A stretch of 64,000 bases of DNA from Azolla caroliniana. Taxonomy: Eukaryota; Plantae; Polypodiophyta. The DNA is taken from assembly GCA_043228905.1 (NCBI GenBank), contig JBHGNT010000036.1, positions 1 through 64,000 on the forward strand, in the 5' to 3' direction. A program made the translations under genes and the position numbers. The notes below the pieces were generated by a model. That model did no database searches, was not told the DNA's origin, and saw only the letters and a list, made by a program, of their open reading frames with translations. Shown here one piece after another: positions 1-14,308 of the stretch (position 1 is its first letter; the number at the start of each line of letters is the position of its first letter).

Positions 1-632
1 ATGTGTGCACATATGTCTTGTTGCTCTCAAAACATATTTTTTATCTTCACCCAAGTCTTCTAGGTACATGATCGAATGCATATGTTACATCTTCTCTGAT
101 CGGGAGGGATTTGAATCTATCAAAAAATCTTGCAAAACTAACTATATGATTCTAGAGCTAATTTGGATCAGAACATGAGACAAGAAATTTAAGTCATATG
201 ACTCGATGACTCATCTAGTATCCTTTCTAGAGCCGAAACTCATGACTCTGGCAGATGTATGTTGTGGTCTTGACGAGAGGCTCCACTAAAATGGAATATT
301 ATCAACTTTTCTTTGTTGATTTCATGCAAATTTAGTTTTTTGTGAAGATCATCTAAGAGAATTTAAGAGTTGGAATTTGTCTGTGTGGCCACCTTAAAGA
401 AAGCAGAATATTAAATAGCCTCATAATTGTGCTTTTTATAGCTCAGTGAACTTGTGTACTCATCTGAATTGAGCAGATCCCTGCATACTTCATGATGAAA
501 AGAGTCCAGATGTTAGTCTCGGTCAGATTAGTTTCCTACAGAAGGAAACACATGGGAACTGGGAATTAGCCTGATTTGGGATGGTCTGTGAATCTTTGTG
601 ATTCAGTTAAGATTAAGACTATATGCTCTACA

Positions 633-806
633 AAATTGATTAGTTAACGGATATGGAATATGTACAGTGATTTAGCATCTTGAAATAAGGCGTGAATCAG
701 TTAAAGGAAGTGCCCATGAAATTGATTAGTTAATGGATTTGGAATATGTACAGTGATTTAGCATCTTGAAGTAAAGCATGAATCAGTTAAGTGAAGTGCC
801 CATGAA
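633..806. repeat. 86-bp tandem duplication (intronic)
   Basis: aaattgattagttaa...gaagtgcccatg at 633 and 719 with few mismatches. Confidence 0.85.
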
Positions 807-2885
807 AGTGCAGGCTTCTTTTAAATCGACCTAAATCAACTAAAGATAAAAGAGGTTGAAATATTATTGACTCTTTTATGAAATCAGCATATTTACTCTT
901 GATTGAAGTTCAAATGAGGGTAGCATTAATACCTTCATTATCTTTATCAGATGGAGAACATCAATTCTCTGCGTCATTATCATAAAGTTGTGGTTTGGCT
1001 AAATCTCATACATTGAATGTTTAGAAACATACTTTTTGTGTTTCATTATTGCTGATAAGGAGTCATACTTCCAGAAACTTGCCTCATAACTATTATCAGT
1101 TATAGAGAATGTTCATCAGAGCTATGTTTCCTCTATTTGTGACCACAAAATTCAGAATTTATTATGTGGTTCATAGTCAGTAATTTGTTAACGCCAAGCA
1201 TCCAAAAGAAAAAAATTCACGAATCTTTATGTTCTAGATGAATTGTTTCTCAAGCATTCCAACATTCTTGGAACGGGAACAACTTTTCTCTGGCTTCAAC
1301 CTCACATATCCAACTTCGTGACAATCAAAGGCCTTTTCCATATCCAGAAAACAACAATAAAGTTAATCACTATTTACCTTGGGCTCTGGAGTTGGTGTAA
1401 AAATATCACCTTTAAATCTCTGGGGGTATAGAACTTCGCCATTGCAAAGGTAGAATGATCACTTTTAAATCTCTGTAGGTATAGACATTACATGATTCTC
1501 TCTTAAGAAAACGAGTTGAACTTTTGCTGTTGCATAGAAAAAATCTTAAATTATGGTGGTATGATCATTGTGTAATCTCTATTCAACAAACATACTTTGT
1601 ATCAAGCAGTGAAAAAGTTGCAGGTTTGGGTTTGTCTGGGGCAGATAAGTTGTCCAGGTGGTTAGTCTAATATATTCTCATGTGATTTGAGGCATTGATT
1701 CCTTCTATACTCGGACTCTACTAGCATATATATAGATTTCCTGTTGAATTGTATATATTGTGAACTTTAGTTGTCACTATTGCACACGTCACCACATGTT
1801 AAATTTGTCGACATGAAACATTTCAAACACAAACCTAGTGTGGGAGTTTGGACACAAATAGAAACTGTTGTACTTCTCAATTTGACGTTTATTGGGATCT
1901 AAAACTTTCAACCTGATGCTTTTGCAACATGACCTTAGAAATACTGTGTTTGATGGAGACTTATATCCGGTACCTAGCTTCTTAAATTGTCTTCTCAATT
2001 TGACCACTCTCCATTATGTGAAAAAACCAAACATGATCCATGCTCTTTTTGAAAGAGATTTAAACTTTTCAAGTCGGGTATTTTATTCATCATTTATACT
2101 TATTTAACATGTGGTGATACTTCTTAATTCAACCATGCTGTAGAATTTGATCTTTTTGAGACAACTAATGTGTTATCAAATTGTTTGTATATTTATATAA
2201 TATTAATATGCATTGTTTCTCCTATTTATTTCCAATTGGCCACTTGTGGCTACTATGCTATCAACATAATTGCCTCACATCCTCTCTAGGGGAGATGCTC
2301 CTGTCTTCTTTGTTTAATATTAAATGTTAAGCATTCTAGGTTAATATGATCTCCTCTTTGTGTCATTGATTATATCTATTTGTGCCCCTCGTCTGCTTCG
2401 TAGTAGATATTTGTGTGTCAGTGTTTAAACTTTGATTAAATCTGTAATTTTTTGGCTTCGAGTTTTATGATTCCTGGAATATTCCTGTAATTTTAGAATC
2501 TAAGTTGTAAAACCTGAATGATAAATTTATTTGGAAGAAAGGCTTGTAGATTATCCAACACTTGGTCGCGTAAATCTCTTTTTATAAACTTCATGTTTGT
2601 ACTTAATTGAAATATTTATAAAAGTTTGAAATTATTGGATAAAGAATATTATAAACTTGAGCCTTGTGGAGAAGCCATACTCACTTAGGTACTGTTCATG
2701 TCGGTCCATAGTTGTAGATGTCCTAAAGTAAAGTATACATCATGTAAGAAAAATAGAAAGTATGGGATGCAAAGAATGGTGTGTCATTGTTGCCTTTCTA
2801 TGAAATTTGTTTGCTGATATATTATCACATTAAACAAATCAAGTTTTTACTGCAGCATGGTCAGATTTTTTATTTTCTTTTGCAG

Positions 2886-5800
2886 AGTTAATTTCTGAAA
2901 ATCCACTATCTTTGCTTGGGCAATATAGTGATGATGAAGGGGATGATGAAGATGGTAGCAGTGAGCCATCAAAAAGTCCTGATCAGAAGGTATTAACTTT
3001 ACAGGAGCTATGCTAATTCAGTCTTTATAGCTGCATCAAAGTTAAGCTTGTTAAAGATAAGATGGACTACATAATCAGAAATAGAACTTTCTGGTAGAGC
3101 TTTGCCTTTCATTTTGTGTTTCCAGTCCCTTTCACCGGTTGTAATGTAAAATTCTTATAGCCTTTTCGTGTTTAACCATTCATGCTCTGAACATGCGTAT
3201 TTTGCAAAATCCTACAAAGATTACCATAGTCTTCTTTAGAGTTCTTTATTTTTGGATAACGTGTTAATATGAATGTGCCAAAGTTTGTTTCACTATGAAT
3301 GTTAATGCTTATGTATGAGAAGCAAATGAAATAGCATGCACATTTCCATCAAATTGAGTTATATCTCTACTGCTCATAGAACAAAGGAAAGCAAATAAGA
3401 AAGAGCTCATTTATCTTCTTCAAATGGACCTACTCTTCTTAGTTTTTTTGACCCTAGTTTGTGCAATCACAGTGTATGTAACTTGAATTTGTTGACCTTG
3501 ATTTTGGACCACCCTCACAGCCTGCACCAGAACACCAGGATGGGCAAGCGATTTCTCCCAGCAAGTGAGAGATTCTGGGTGCTAAGACACAAAAATATGG
3601 TGCTAACGCTACATCGCGTAACTGTATTGGGCTTTGTCATCATATGATGCACGCACTTTTTTCAAGGCATTTGGAATTATATATTTGCCATTGGTGATAA
3701 AAATTACTTTGCATGCATGCACTGTATTGTAGAAATAATGAAATCAATTAGACATTGTACTTGTTTTAACATGATTATCAACCTGAACATAGAAAAAGAT
3801 GAAAGTAAATAGAATGCCCGTGGTTTAGCATAACATTGATTCTTTTATTTGCTTGCACTCAGGAGAATCCCCATAATGTGTCATCTAATGAAATACTTCA
3901 CCAAGCCATTATTAAAGGGGAACAAAATGGTGATGAACAGAAATGTGATATTTCCTTAAAAGATGAGGCAGCCCAAAAAGAATGGCAAACTGTCCTGCAT
4001 GAAGATAGTGGTGAATATTATTACTGGAACCTTCAGACAGGAGAAACTACATGGAAAATGCCGACTTCACTTGAGAAGGTAATTGTTGATGGGTCAGAAG
4101 ACCTCATAAATCAGATGACTACCTTGGAGAGAGAGTCTGTTTTGGTAGTAGAGCCACAACAGAAGGAAGGTGCGTTGGATAAGCACAGTAATGAGCATCA
4201 TCATCAATCAGCTGATACTTTGTCAAGTCCAGTCAAAGATATAGAGATTATTGCAAGTGAAAGAAGCATTTTACCAGAGTCGAATCTGACTGTAGCTACT
4301 GAGGCTATTCCTGATGCTCAAGTTGCCATTCAAGGACCCGGCATTGTCACACTTGAAGATAATCTAAAAAGTGTTCGGAATTCAGATGATGGTTTCAGAC
4401 CAAGTGCTGATGTTGATATACCTAACATTAACGAATGTAAGGCACAGAATGGAAGCCCACAAAGAGTCAATCCAGTTGCTGAAAATGATGACAGGGATGC
4501 TGAACCTCCGCGGGATATTCAAGCAGAACATCTAACTGGGGAAGCGAAGTGCGAAATTGATGGTGATAATGGCATACATTCCCATGTTTCTGAGCCTTTG
4601 GCTGTGATACAAATGTGTGAGGAGACTGCAGGATCTATGCTTGCAGATAGGAGTGATTTGCTTGCAGAAAAAGGAGAAGCTTTACAGCAGCGGCTGAGAA
4701 ATTTAGCTGGGTAAGATTTGTGTTCCACTACATCTTCAATAGATTAAATTAAGTTACCATTTCTCATTATATTTTATCTAAGTAACAGTCAATCGAAGTT
4801 GGATTCTAATTATCATTTCTAGTTTAGTGTGCATTTACTCTCTGTGGGCCTGGTTTTCTTCTTGAATCTTCGAGAACATATTTTCTTTGTATCTCTTTTT
4901 CTATGTTGTTTGATTTCTGATTTTTTTTACTCTCCCCCATTCCCACACATAGCATATAGAGATTTGAATGAGATATGATTATAATGGTTATGATTCTTAT
5001 ACACGACATTGGCAGAGATGTCAATATAAGCTTTCATTCTTTCACTCCTTAATTTTAATTTATATTCTTCATGAATATAATAATTTATTCTGGTAATTAC
5101 TGAACACGTGTTTCTCTGTCACTTTCTTTTATGTGTAAACCATGCATATTCTGGTGCAATGTATGTGACAACACCCTTACATATGCGTGCTGTTTACTTA
5201 CAAACTCTTATACTTCACTACAGAGACTCCCTTGCGCAACTTTCAAGGCATGGTCTGATGGCTATACAAACCGAAGTCCAACTTGGTGTTTGGAAGGCGT
5301 TCTCGGCGCTTGATTTTGCACCAGAGGCTTGTTTTTCTCTGATATTTGAAGAGTTAAGAAAAATTGAGACCATTCTAGCTTCTGAAGAAGCCATTAGCAT
5401 TGGAACTTCCAACATTAGTCATTCAACTATTATGGATGCTAATTGTGCATTAAAAGCTGCCCGTAAAGACAGTTTATTGAGTTCGGCTCAGTATGCAGAA
5501 GGCAGCAGTCAAAATTCTGAACGAGGAATCAAAACTACAGCTAATGGTATAATGGGTACTGATGAGGATGTGGAGGAAGGTGAAATCCATGATGATGAAG
5601 TTCATGTATTATGTCCAAATTTAGGTGAAAGATGCAGTCATTCAGGGACAGATGGAGCTGATGTGGATATGGAAGTAGACATGGAGGTTGATAATGATGT
5701 TGAAGCTGAGCCAGCTGTGCCGGGTACTGGTCTAGATATTGTGTCTTCTACAAATCTGTATAGTTATCCAGTTCATATGGATTTAGGTACAACACATTCT

Positions 5801-7378
5801 GTAGATTCTCAGTTTTACTCTGATTCTAGCTATTGGGTACCACCCTTGCCACCTGATGACGGATGGACTCCCCCTCCTCCGGGTGAAACAGAGTTAGTTC
5901 CTCCACCTCCTCCTGAAGAACCACCACCTTTGCCACCAGATTCTCCACAAGCCATACATCCATACATTTTAGAATCCTCAGTGCCTAGTGTTGAATATTA
6001 TCCCTCAGATTATATGACTCCAACAGATTACATTCCAACACAAGAATATCAGTCAGTAGCTGTGGACTCTTCTTTTTATGGAACATATGTGCAGGAGATT
6101 CCAGGTTCATATACACTCAATACACAAGCTAATGAGACAGTGGGAATAGAACAACCCTATATTGCTGCATCAGATCCTATCTCAACCTATGTTGGATGGG
6201 CAACAGCACTTGTTCCACCCATACCTTCTATTACATTGCCGTCAATACCACGAAGCACATTTCAGAACTCAAACAGTGGTGGATATCAGTCAATGTCTGG
6301 CGTGCCTATCATTCCCGAATCTTCAAGTGCAGGCGCTGAGAGCAATGCTGTTGCGTCTAGTGCAGAAGCAAAGAAGCCCCCGAAAGGTTCTCAGAAATTG
6401 CAAAATACCTCATTATAATGTTTATCCTTATTGCTGAATGGTTTCCATGTGTTATAACTGATTATGCAGGTAAGGCTATCAAGAAACGGGCACACTCGGT
6501 TTCTGGTGCTCCAATGCTCAATAAAAAAGTCTCTAATTTGGTCAATAAGGTATGGTTTCTTTTTCCGATAATTCTGAAACTCTCAGCTGCTCAGTTAGTG
6601 CGTTAGGTCATATAACATGCCTGTATTCAATCTAGTGGAAGCAAGCAAAGGAAGAGCTACATGGTAGTGATGAGGATGATGAGGATGAAAGGGCACTTTA
6701 TGACATAGAAGTTCTTGAGAAGAAAAAACAGAAAGAGATTGAGGTATCCCGAAATTGCCTTAAACAGAACAAATTTTTAAAATAACATTTAGAAACTGAT
6801 CTGCTTTATTCATTCTGTCAGGAATGGCGAAGGCAACAGATTGCAAGTGGAGGAGCGATGGATAATGCAAACTTTCAGCCCTTGGGAACTGTAGACTGGT
6901 TAGTTACGCTTTTTTATACACCATAGTTGCATCAATAGGTGAACGATTGTATCCGTAATTCGCATGATTCTTTCAGGCGTGAGAGGGTGAAAAGAGCAAA
7001 GAAAGCAGATGCAAAACGAGGGGATATGCAGGAAAGCTTTATGGTATCAGAAAAAGAAGCTGAGAAGGAAGATAATAGAAAAGCACAGAAACCTGATCTG
7101 ACACAAATATCAAAGGATCTTCCTGATGGCTGGCAGGTATGCCTAATTTTACTCTCGTTTTTCAAAGTTTTCTAAGAAAGCATAGAGCTATCCCTTTCTT
7201 CATCCAGTAAACTGCAGACTGAAAGGCTTAGATAACATATTATTGTTATTCTGTAACTGCAACTCCCAACACATTTTGCTCCTGTACTTTACAGGCATTC
7301 TGGGATGATGAATCTGGTGAAGTTTATTATGGTAATTTAGAAACACAAGAAACAAGTTGGGATAAACCATTGGCATAA
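2886..7378 (+). CDS. WW domain-containing protein, FNBP4 (formin-binding protein 4)-like; 5'-incomplete multi-exon gene
   Basis: Phase-consistent GT-AG exons 2886-2989, 3863-4710, 5224-6386, 6470-6549, 6636-6743, 6822-6898, 6977-7136, 7295-7378 (TAA). Motifs: NPLSLLGQYSDDE; WW domain WQTVLHEDSGEYYYWNLQTGETTWKMP; proline-rich tract; KKVSNLVNKW..AKEEL; EWRRQQIASG..NANFQPLG..DWRERVKR; C-terminal WW LPDGWQAFWDDESGEVYYGNLETQETSWDKP. The start exon is not in the window. Confidence 0.92.
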
Positions 7379-8831
7379 ATTGAAGCTTTGTTGGTTACAA
7401 GGCGAGTAAGTTTCTATCTTGAGATTTGTTTTTAAGATTTGTGAATGTTCTATACGTATATGTCATATAAGGTATATACCGTTTTGGCCTCTAAAAAATG
7501 TTAATATATCTTTCTTTCTTTCTTTGATGAGACTGAATATATTCTCTTCTCCCAGCTACTGCACCCTTGCTGGATTATTAATGTTCAAAGGCTGAAATGG
7601 ACTAAACAATATGCATCAATGGAAGATTTCTTACTCTGCAGGAGGGTTGGATAAAAAATGCTGAGAATTGATCTCATATTCCTGTCAAGAACATATGGAT
7701 GTTCTTTAAGGCATAGGAAATATAGGAACATACTCTTGTTTGAGGAAGAATTCGACCGGGAATGCTTTTATCAGATTTCAAAGGCTCCAACCAAGCGAAG
7801 CCCATGGGTCATGACCCAGGTTGCATGTTTAGAGTCTGCCATCCTTAAAAACTTGAGGATGGAGACTTCGAAGATAGTTTGCAAATACTTTGTGATGCTA
7901 GAATATTCGGAAGCTTTCATGGATTCGGCCAGGTTGCATAAGCCTGCAGTTTCACTCTACATGCATCGTAGCTTTCTTCCTCTTGTACTTCCCAATGATA
8001 GATGCCATATGACATTCATCAAGGTTAAACAAATGAGCAATGTCAGACTGGCGATGGCTGTGGAAGGGATAATTATAAATATCTTCTGAACAGGGGGGTT
8101 GTACTAAATCTCGGAACTTCTGCTATTTCAGTTTTATGAACAGGGCATCAAAGTTGGAAGATCACTATTTCAGTTGGTGGCTTGTACATATGAGATGATA
8201 TAAAACTTTGAACCTTGTCAGAGCGTTATGCTTGTATTACGAATATGAAGGCACGAGGAATATCCCTATGGTGATTGCTAAGGTATTTTGCAGTGCTGAT
8301 TGCTGATTAGTTTAAACCTTTTTAAGCATCATGTATTATGAATACACTTACCTGTTTTACATGTATGCATATCCTGCTATGATATTCTATTAACAACATT
8401 TTCCTTCTACATCATGTGTTTACACTGCATCATGTGCTCATTGCTAATTATTTGACTACAAATTTTGCCATTCGTTTTCATTTTTATTCATATTGTCCTT
8501 CATGCCTTGGATTCTTTGAACATTGTAAGATTAAGATTTCTTAAAATGAAGACAAAAAACGAACTTCTTCGTGTCTTACAAAATGCACACAATGAACTGC
8601 ATGAATTTTGAGAGGTTCAATTATCTCAATAAATTTGTATTCTTTTGATTTGATTGTACTTATTTTCAGGGAGAGAAAAAAACACTTTATATAAGCAGCA
8701 GTTCTAGAAGTGGATGGGAAAAGATCGAAACAGTTTTATATGATGCGTTCTCAAAGGCCCCTGTTTTGGAACTCTTTTTTCGTGAAAGCTCTCCTTAAAA
8801 ATAACAGTGTTCATTCTTGCTGAAGTCTGGT

Positions 8832-9197
8832 AGGCAACTAAGTTTTGCAAAAAGGTGTTAGATTGGAATGTAAAAGAAAGTCCCCGAGGCCTTCCATTTC
8901 CTACATTTTTATGTGACCCTGCTTATGGTAAACAGAAACAGTTTTTGGGATAAAACATGGAAACTTGAACATCTACATGTATTAGGAAAGACTTGTTCAT
9001 GTCTATTCTCTTCTGCCAGGCAACTAAGTTTTGCAAAAAGGTGTTAGATTGGAATGTAAAAGAAAGTCCCTGAGGCCTTCCATTTCCTACATTTTTATGT
9101 GACCCTGCTTATGGTCAACAGAAACAGTTTTTGGGGATAAAACATGGAAACTTGAACATCTACATGTATTAGGAAAGACTTGTTCATGTCTATTCTC
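8832..9197. repeat. ~186-bp tandem duplication
   Basis: aggcaactaagttttgcaaaaagg...gtctattctctt at 8832 and 9018, nearly identical. Confidence 0.9.
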
Positions 9198-9819
9198 TTT
9201 ATTCTTGGTCATTGATGTTTTATTTGTGAATTCAGACTAAGTTGATACTTCACGCAGAAAATGACCAAAGTGGGAATTGGCCCACTGTTTGTGGCAAAAA
9301 TTAAATATGAGTAAAAATGAAAAATGCCAATATTGCATTGGTTGACTAACATATCAGATGAAAGTAAATGGTAAAAATGGAGGATAGGAATGTTGGCAGA
9401 GGATGTTTATTTATGGCTGATGTATGAGAATCTCAACGTTGGAAAAGTTTGACTAATCTATTTACTTATAAAGAGGCTCATTAAAATCAAGAATTGATTG
9501 ATAAGATGTGGCTTACTAATTTAATTTATCAAATGCGTTTCTGTTATCAATAAGATCTGGTTTTGATAGGAATTTCAAATATTAGCAATTTGGCTAAAAG
9601 TTGTTTTAGATACTCGTTGCCCACATGGTGGATTGATTTGATCATATTAGTCAAGGTTTAGTTCATTTCAATGTGCTTCAGTCTGTAGTTTAGGCCTCAT
9701 TGGTACTTTTGAGCAGCAATGAATTTTACAATTACTTTAGGGATGATTATTCCTGACACATGGTTTAGTTCTTTTTTAGAAGGAATTAATTCATCAAAAG
9801 TTCATTGTTAGTGTCAAAT

Positions 9820-10350
9820 TTATTTAACACATCTATATGATCAGTCACATCTGGTTTTGATAATTATTTCTATTATAAGAATTTTTTTTTGGCTATCTAA
9901 TAAATGCTTCAATTAATTGGCGCCCACATGGTTTTGGCGAATGAATTATGAGACAATTGCTTTAATACATCTATATGATCAATCACATCTGGTTTTGATA
10001 ATTATTTCAATTATAAGAAAATAAATTTGGCTATCTAACAAATGCTTCAATTAATTGGCGCCCACATGATTAGCGAATGAGACAATTGCTTTAATACATC
10101 TATATGATTAATCACATGTGGTTTTGATAATTATTTCAATTTTAAGAAAATATATTTGGCTATTTAACAATTGCTTCAATTAATTGGCGCCCACATGGTT
10201 GGTGGATGAGACAATTGCTTTAATACATCCATATGATCAACCACATCTGGTTTTGATAATTATTTCAATTATAAGAAAATAAATTTGGCTATCTAACAAT
10301 TGCTTCAATTAATTGGCGCCCACCTGGTTGGTGACTGAGACAATTGCTTG
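9820..10350. repeat. 129-bp tandem array, ~4 units (array 1)
   Basis: TGGCGCCCAC at 9918, 10056, 10185, 10314; degenerate relatives extend left to ~9490. Confidence 0.9.
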
Positions 10351-11199
10351 ATTTAGTTCTAGTTATGATTCAGTTCCTTACAATGTTGTTCCTCGGTCCA
10401 TGACTGTCATTGGCATTTATCAACTGTGATGAATATCACAGTAGTGTTATCATTAATCCTAACACGTGGCTTGGTTCTTTTCTCCATGGGTTTAACTTAC
10501 CAGTTGCTAAATGTTAAAAGTCAATTTTATGCATACCTTTTTTAGGCTCTGTTACCTATTGTAATTTTAATGTTTTTGGCACAAGTAAATGCAAAATTTT
10601 CTTGATCATTTACTGTGGCGTAAAAATGTGATTATACAGCAGTGATGGTTGTATTTTGCTGTAAAGAGATGGCATTGAACGTACTCAAGATTGCATTGTT
10701 GCACATTGCATATCTGAACATGGACAAAAATAGTGAAATGTACACTGAAGCCAACTTCGTACTGAAAACGTTTTGACAGCAACTATGATTTAAAGAATCT
10801 TTGAATATGGAGATGCATACTTTTAAATAAACAGCTATAAATGAACCATGAACTCTTTTGGATAGTCATCAAATATGAGATCTTTGCGTAGTCCTTACAC
10901 ATGGCCTTAAGAAGTTCATAATGGAAAGTGGTTCAACAAATGATAGTTTCATGATTACATTGCAACCCGTGTAGCACAAGAAACTGTCTCTGAGTACATA
11001 GAACGGATAACGTCCTTTCTTTTAATAGGATGTCTACTTTTTACACCGGTCGCTAAAAGGGTTGAATATAGGAAAATCAGTGAAGTAATACCAGAAATTC
11101 ATTTTCCTGAATATCATCTCAGCTGAACGCATGATATCATAATAATGATAAATTCAGATCATTTTATTATATGTTTTAACAGAACAACGAATAAGGTCA

Positions 11200-13370
11200 T
11201 CATGCAATCACTTCAATTTCAGATGGAGACTCCTCACACTGAAAAGCTATGTTACGGCTTGGATCAGGAGGGGCTTTACCTTCAAGTATTCCGTGCAAGA
11301 AATTTGTGACAGTGTTAGTTGCTTCTTCATCTGAAAATAGACAATAAAGAAAGGAATTGGAACACACTTCATTCGTAATCCATGCTACATATATTCTTCA
11401 TTTGAAGTCACTTGACCATACTCATTCTATCAATTCAAAATCAACAATAACTACACACATCATTCATGCATACTAAATTCATAATCCATAGTACATTCAT
11501 GCTCATTCTATCAATTCATAATCAACAATAAATACACTCGTCATTCATAACCCATAATCCACGCATACCAAATTTCATAACCCATACATACTACACACAT
11601 AGTTCATGCATAATCCATAATACAAGACCTATTTCATTCATAATCCATAATGCATGCAGATTTCATTCATAATCCTTAAATGCTTCAAATCTGTGGTAAG
11701 TGTGAATCCAAAATGCATGAACACTGCACGCATACCTAGCCTGGGCACACAGTGTTTCCCTCCATGATGGATGATGACAGGCTCTTCAAACATCTGCACC
11801 AACTCTCTATTCTTAGGTCTTAGCCAATCTTGTGATCCTGATGTTACATCACAAATGAGTTCATTAGAATTTCACATCTTTGCAACATGAAGATCTCCAT
11901 GGATCTTCCATAGTTATGACTGCATAACTGCATAACGAAATTGATCAATTTTTCGCATTATAAATTTCACGCATGGTTTATGTATGTTTACCTATGAAAT
12001 GTATGGATGGGCAGCATATAATGCGGGAGTAGCAATCTTCCTTCCATTCCGGATGCTTGAACATGGCACCAGAGATGACAATAACAAATCGAAGAGGTGG
12101 ATGCTTACAAAGACGGAGACTCTGTTGATCAGAGCAGGAGACAAATTTTAATTAGGGATCCCCTTAGTTTCTTCCAGCAAGACTTATGAGAAGGATAAAA
12201 GAAAAACTAATTCTGTTCATTCACCTTTTGCTGAAGCCCTGCAAGGGCAGCACTAAGCACAGCACCCTAGAGAACACAAAACAGAATTGATCTTTTATCC
12301 TGGTAAATATTGTTAATGATGGTACAATGGAAATTTGATACTAGTCGAAGACTTACCTGTGAGAACCCAATCAAGCCATCAAAGGGTCCATACTTATACA
12401 TATAATTGGATATGTATTCAATGCACTCCTCCAGTCCACTGTACTCGGTGAATTTCTGAAAAATATGTTGGACAACAGTGACAAGTTCTTACATAAGGTT
12501 TACAGTGGATCTGATCGATATCTAACTCAATGATAGGTCTATACGCCCGTAGCCACCAGATGCGTTTGAAAGAAAGATGGCCTCAATCACTCAAAAATTC
12601 CTACTACAATTTCTACTACATTCTATCGTGCCATATTTTCTCATAATCTGCCTTACTCTCATGCATGAAAATGGAAGTACACCTGATAAGCAAAGAAGTT
12701 TCCCACAATACTCAGACAATTTTTTTTTATGAGATTCCATTTAGTCTGTGGTAGTTTCTCGTTATTTTCGTATCATATCATGCATGAGAAGGAAATTAAA
12801 TTAACTAGCAAGTAAATGTTTCCAATGAAAATGGTTAGATCCATTATGTTGGAAGAAAGAGTTACGGATACACAGTTTACTTACAATGTCATATGTGAAC
12901 CACTCATAGTATGGAGGCGAGAAGATTCCCTCTACATCAGATCTTCCCCGACAAGGGAATGGAGCATCCAGGAAGGTCTGAAAAACAAACATGCCCCCTT
13001 TTTTTGTTTTAACTACGTGAGAAGATGATTTCAATCCATAGTCGCATGCTCCACATTACATAAGAATATGAAATAAAATTCTGATGCATGCATCATGGCG
13101 AATGACACTACTACTACTACTACAGATGTGTGCAATATATCTGATCGGATGCATGCATAGACACTGGACACATGTTCAGTTGGGGATGTGAAATCGCTAA
13201 GGAAATTCCTTACGCCACATAGAAAGAGAGATTACCATGTCTAGAAGACGATGTAATGAAGCATCCCATCGTTTGAGTTGCTGCTCCAAGATGGATCCAC
13301 TTGTGCGGAACCCGTGCAAGCAGAGAACCTTTAGACGCCCCCGACAACCCTCCGTAACTTCTTCAGCCAT
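11200..13370 (-). CDS. FSH1/OVCA2-family serine hydrolase (alpha/beta-hydrolase esterase), copy 1, 243 aa
   Basis: Exons 13236-13370, 12885-12977, 12357-12455, 12225-12266, 11992-12121, 11736-11837, 11200-11330, all GT-AG and in phase (732 nt). Motifs LCLHGFRTSG, PPYYEWF, GPFDGLIGFSQG (nucleophile elbow), SIHFIGSQD (Asp), HHGGKHCVPRL (His). Confidence 0.95.
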
Positions 13371-13564
13371 GCTCAGCTAGCTGCTCCTGATTCTGCAGAG
13401 AGAGAGAGAGAGAAAGAGAGAGCTCATCCTTAAATCTGGGAAGGAGGAGCTCTGGGTCCCGCCATCGCCGTCATTAACGGATGGAGACCTCCCACCAACG
13501 AATCCTTTTTCTTCGTGTTGTGTCTTGTTTCATCTGCCGCTGCTGTTCTTTTCTATCGCTCATT

Positions 13565-13568
13565 AAGA

Positions 13569-13615
<47 letters not shown>

Positions 13616-13670
13616 AGTCTGCACAATCATTCATTTCTCCCGAAGCTACCCTCTCTCTCTCTCTCTCTGC
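13565..13670. repeat. (CT)n microsatellites upstream of FSH1 copy 1
   Basis: Visible CT runs. Confidence 0.85.
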
Positions 13671-14308
13671 CTGATTCAATTGGTAGGCTGCACATTGTGA
13701 GTTAGGTCTGATCATTGATGGCCTCCCTCCATCGCCATCGCCATCTCCCTGTCTCTGTTGTGTGTTTATGTGTGTTGTCACCAGAAACTACATGTGTTTA
13801 TTATGTCTGTATGTACAATGTATCCGTATGTAAGTATCAGTATGTACATTGTATCCGTATGTATGGATGTATCCGTATGTATGTATGTATCAATATGTAT
13901 GTACATATGTATCAATATGTATGATCAAGCAATTTCATGTTATACATACCAACCATCCATCCTTGGGGCAAACGTAAGCACATGAGCAAGATGCCAAATA
14001 ATGTCGAAAAGGAAATGAAAACCACAAAAACCTAAACCTAAACCTAAGAAAGCATATATATATATATATATATGTTGCATAAGCTTCATTGTATCCGCTT
14101 TTCCTTGCTCATTATTTGATGATTGTCATATCAACTAGCGGCTTATCCAAACCTAGGCAATGAGAAAATGAGCGTACAACAATATCGAATACGAGTACAT
14201 AATGGACGTATTCACACTGTCCCATTGGACATGCTCTAGGTTTAGGCAAATTATGTAAATAGTGGAACGGGCAGTTGCCCTAAGTCAATTGATATTTAAA
14301 CTGATGCT

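Noticed and set aside
1-2885. Additional exons or RNA genes in the first 2.9 kb
   Set aside because: Short ORFs lack motifs; consistent with a long intron of the WW gene; no tRNA or snoRNA signature recognised
7658-8089. 143-aa ORF downstream of the WW gene
   Set aside because: No recognisable motif; most likely 3' UTR
9918-10323. TGGCGCCCAC in the array as a tRNA-Lys PBS
   Set aside because: Only ~10 nt match and not preceded by an LTR CA end
14030-14048. (CCTAAA)3 as interstitial telomere (also ~52095)
   Set aside because: Too short and not the 7-mer plant repeat
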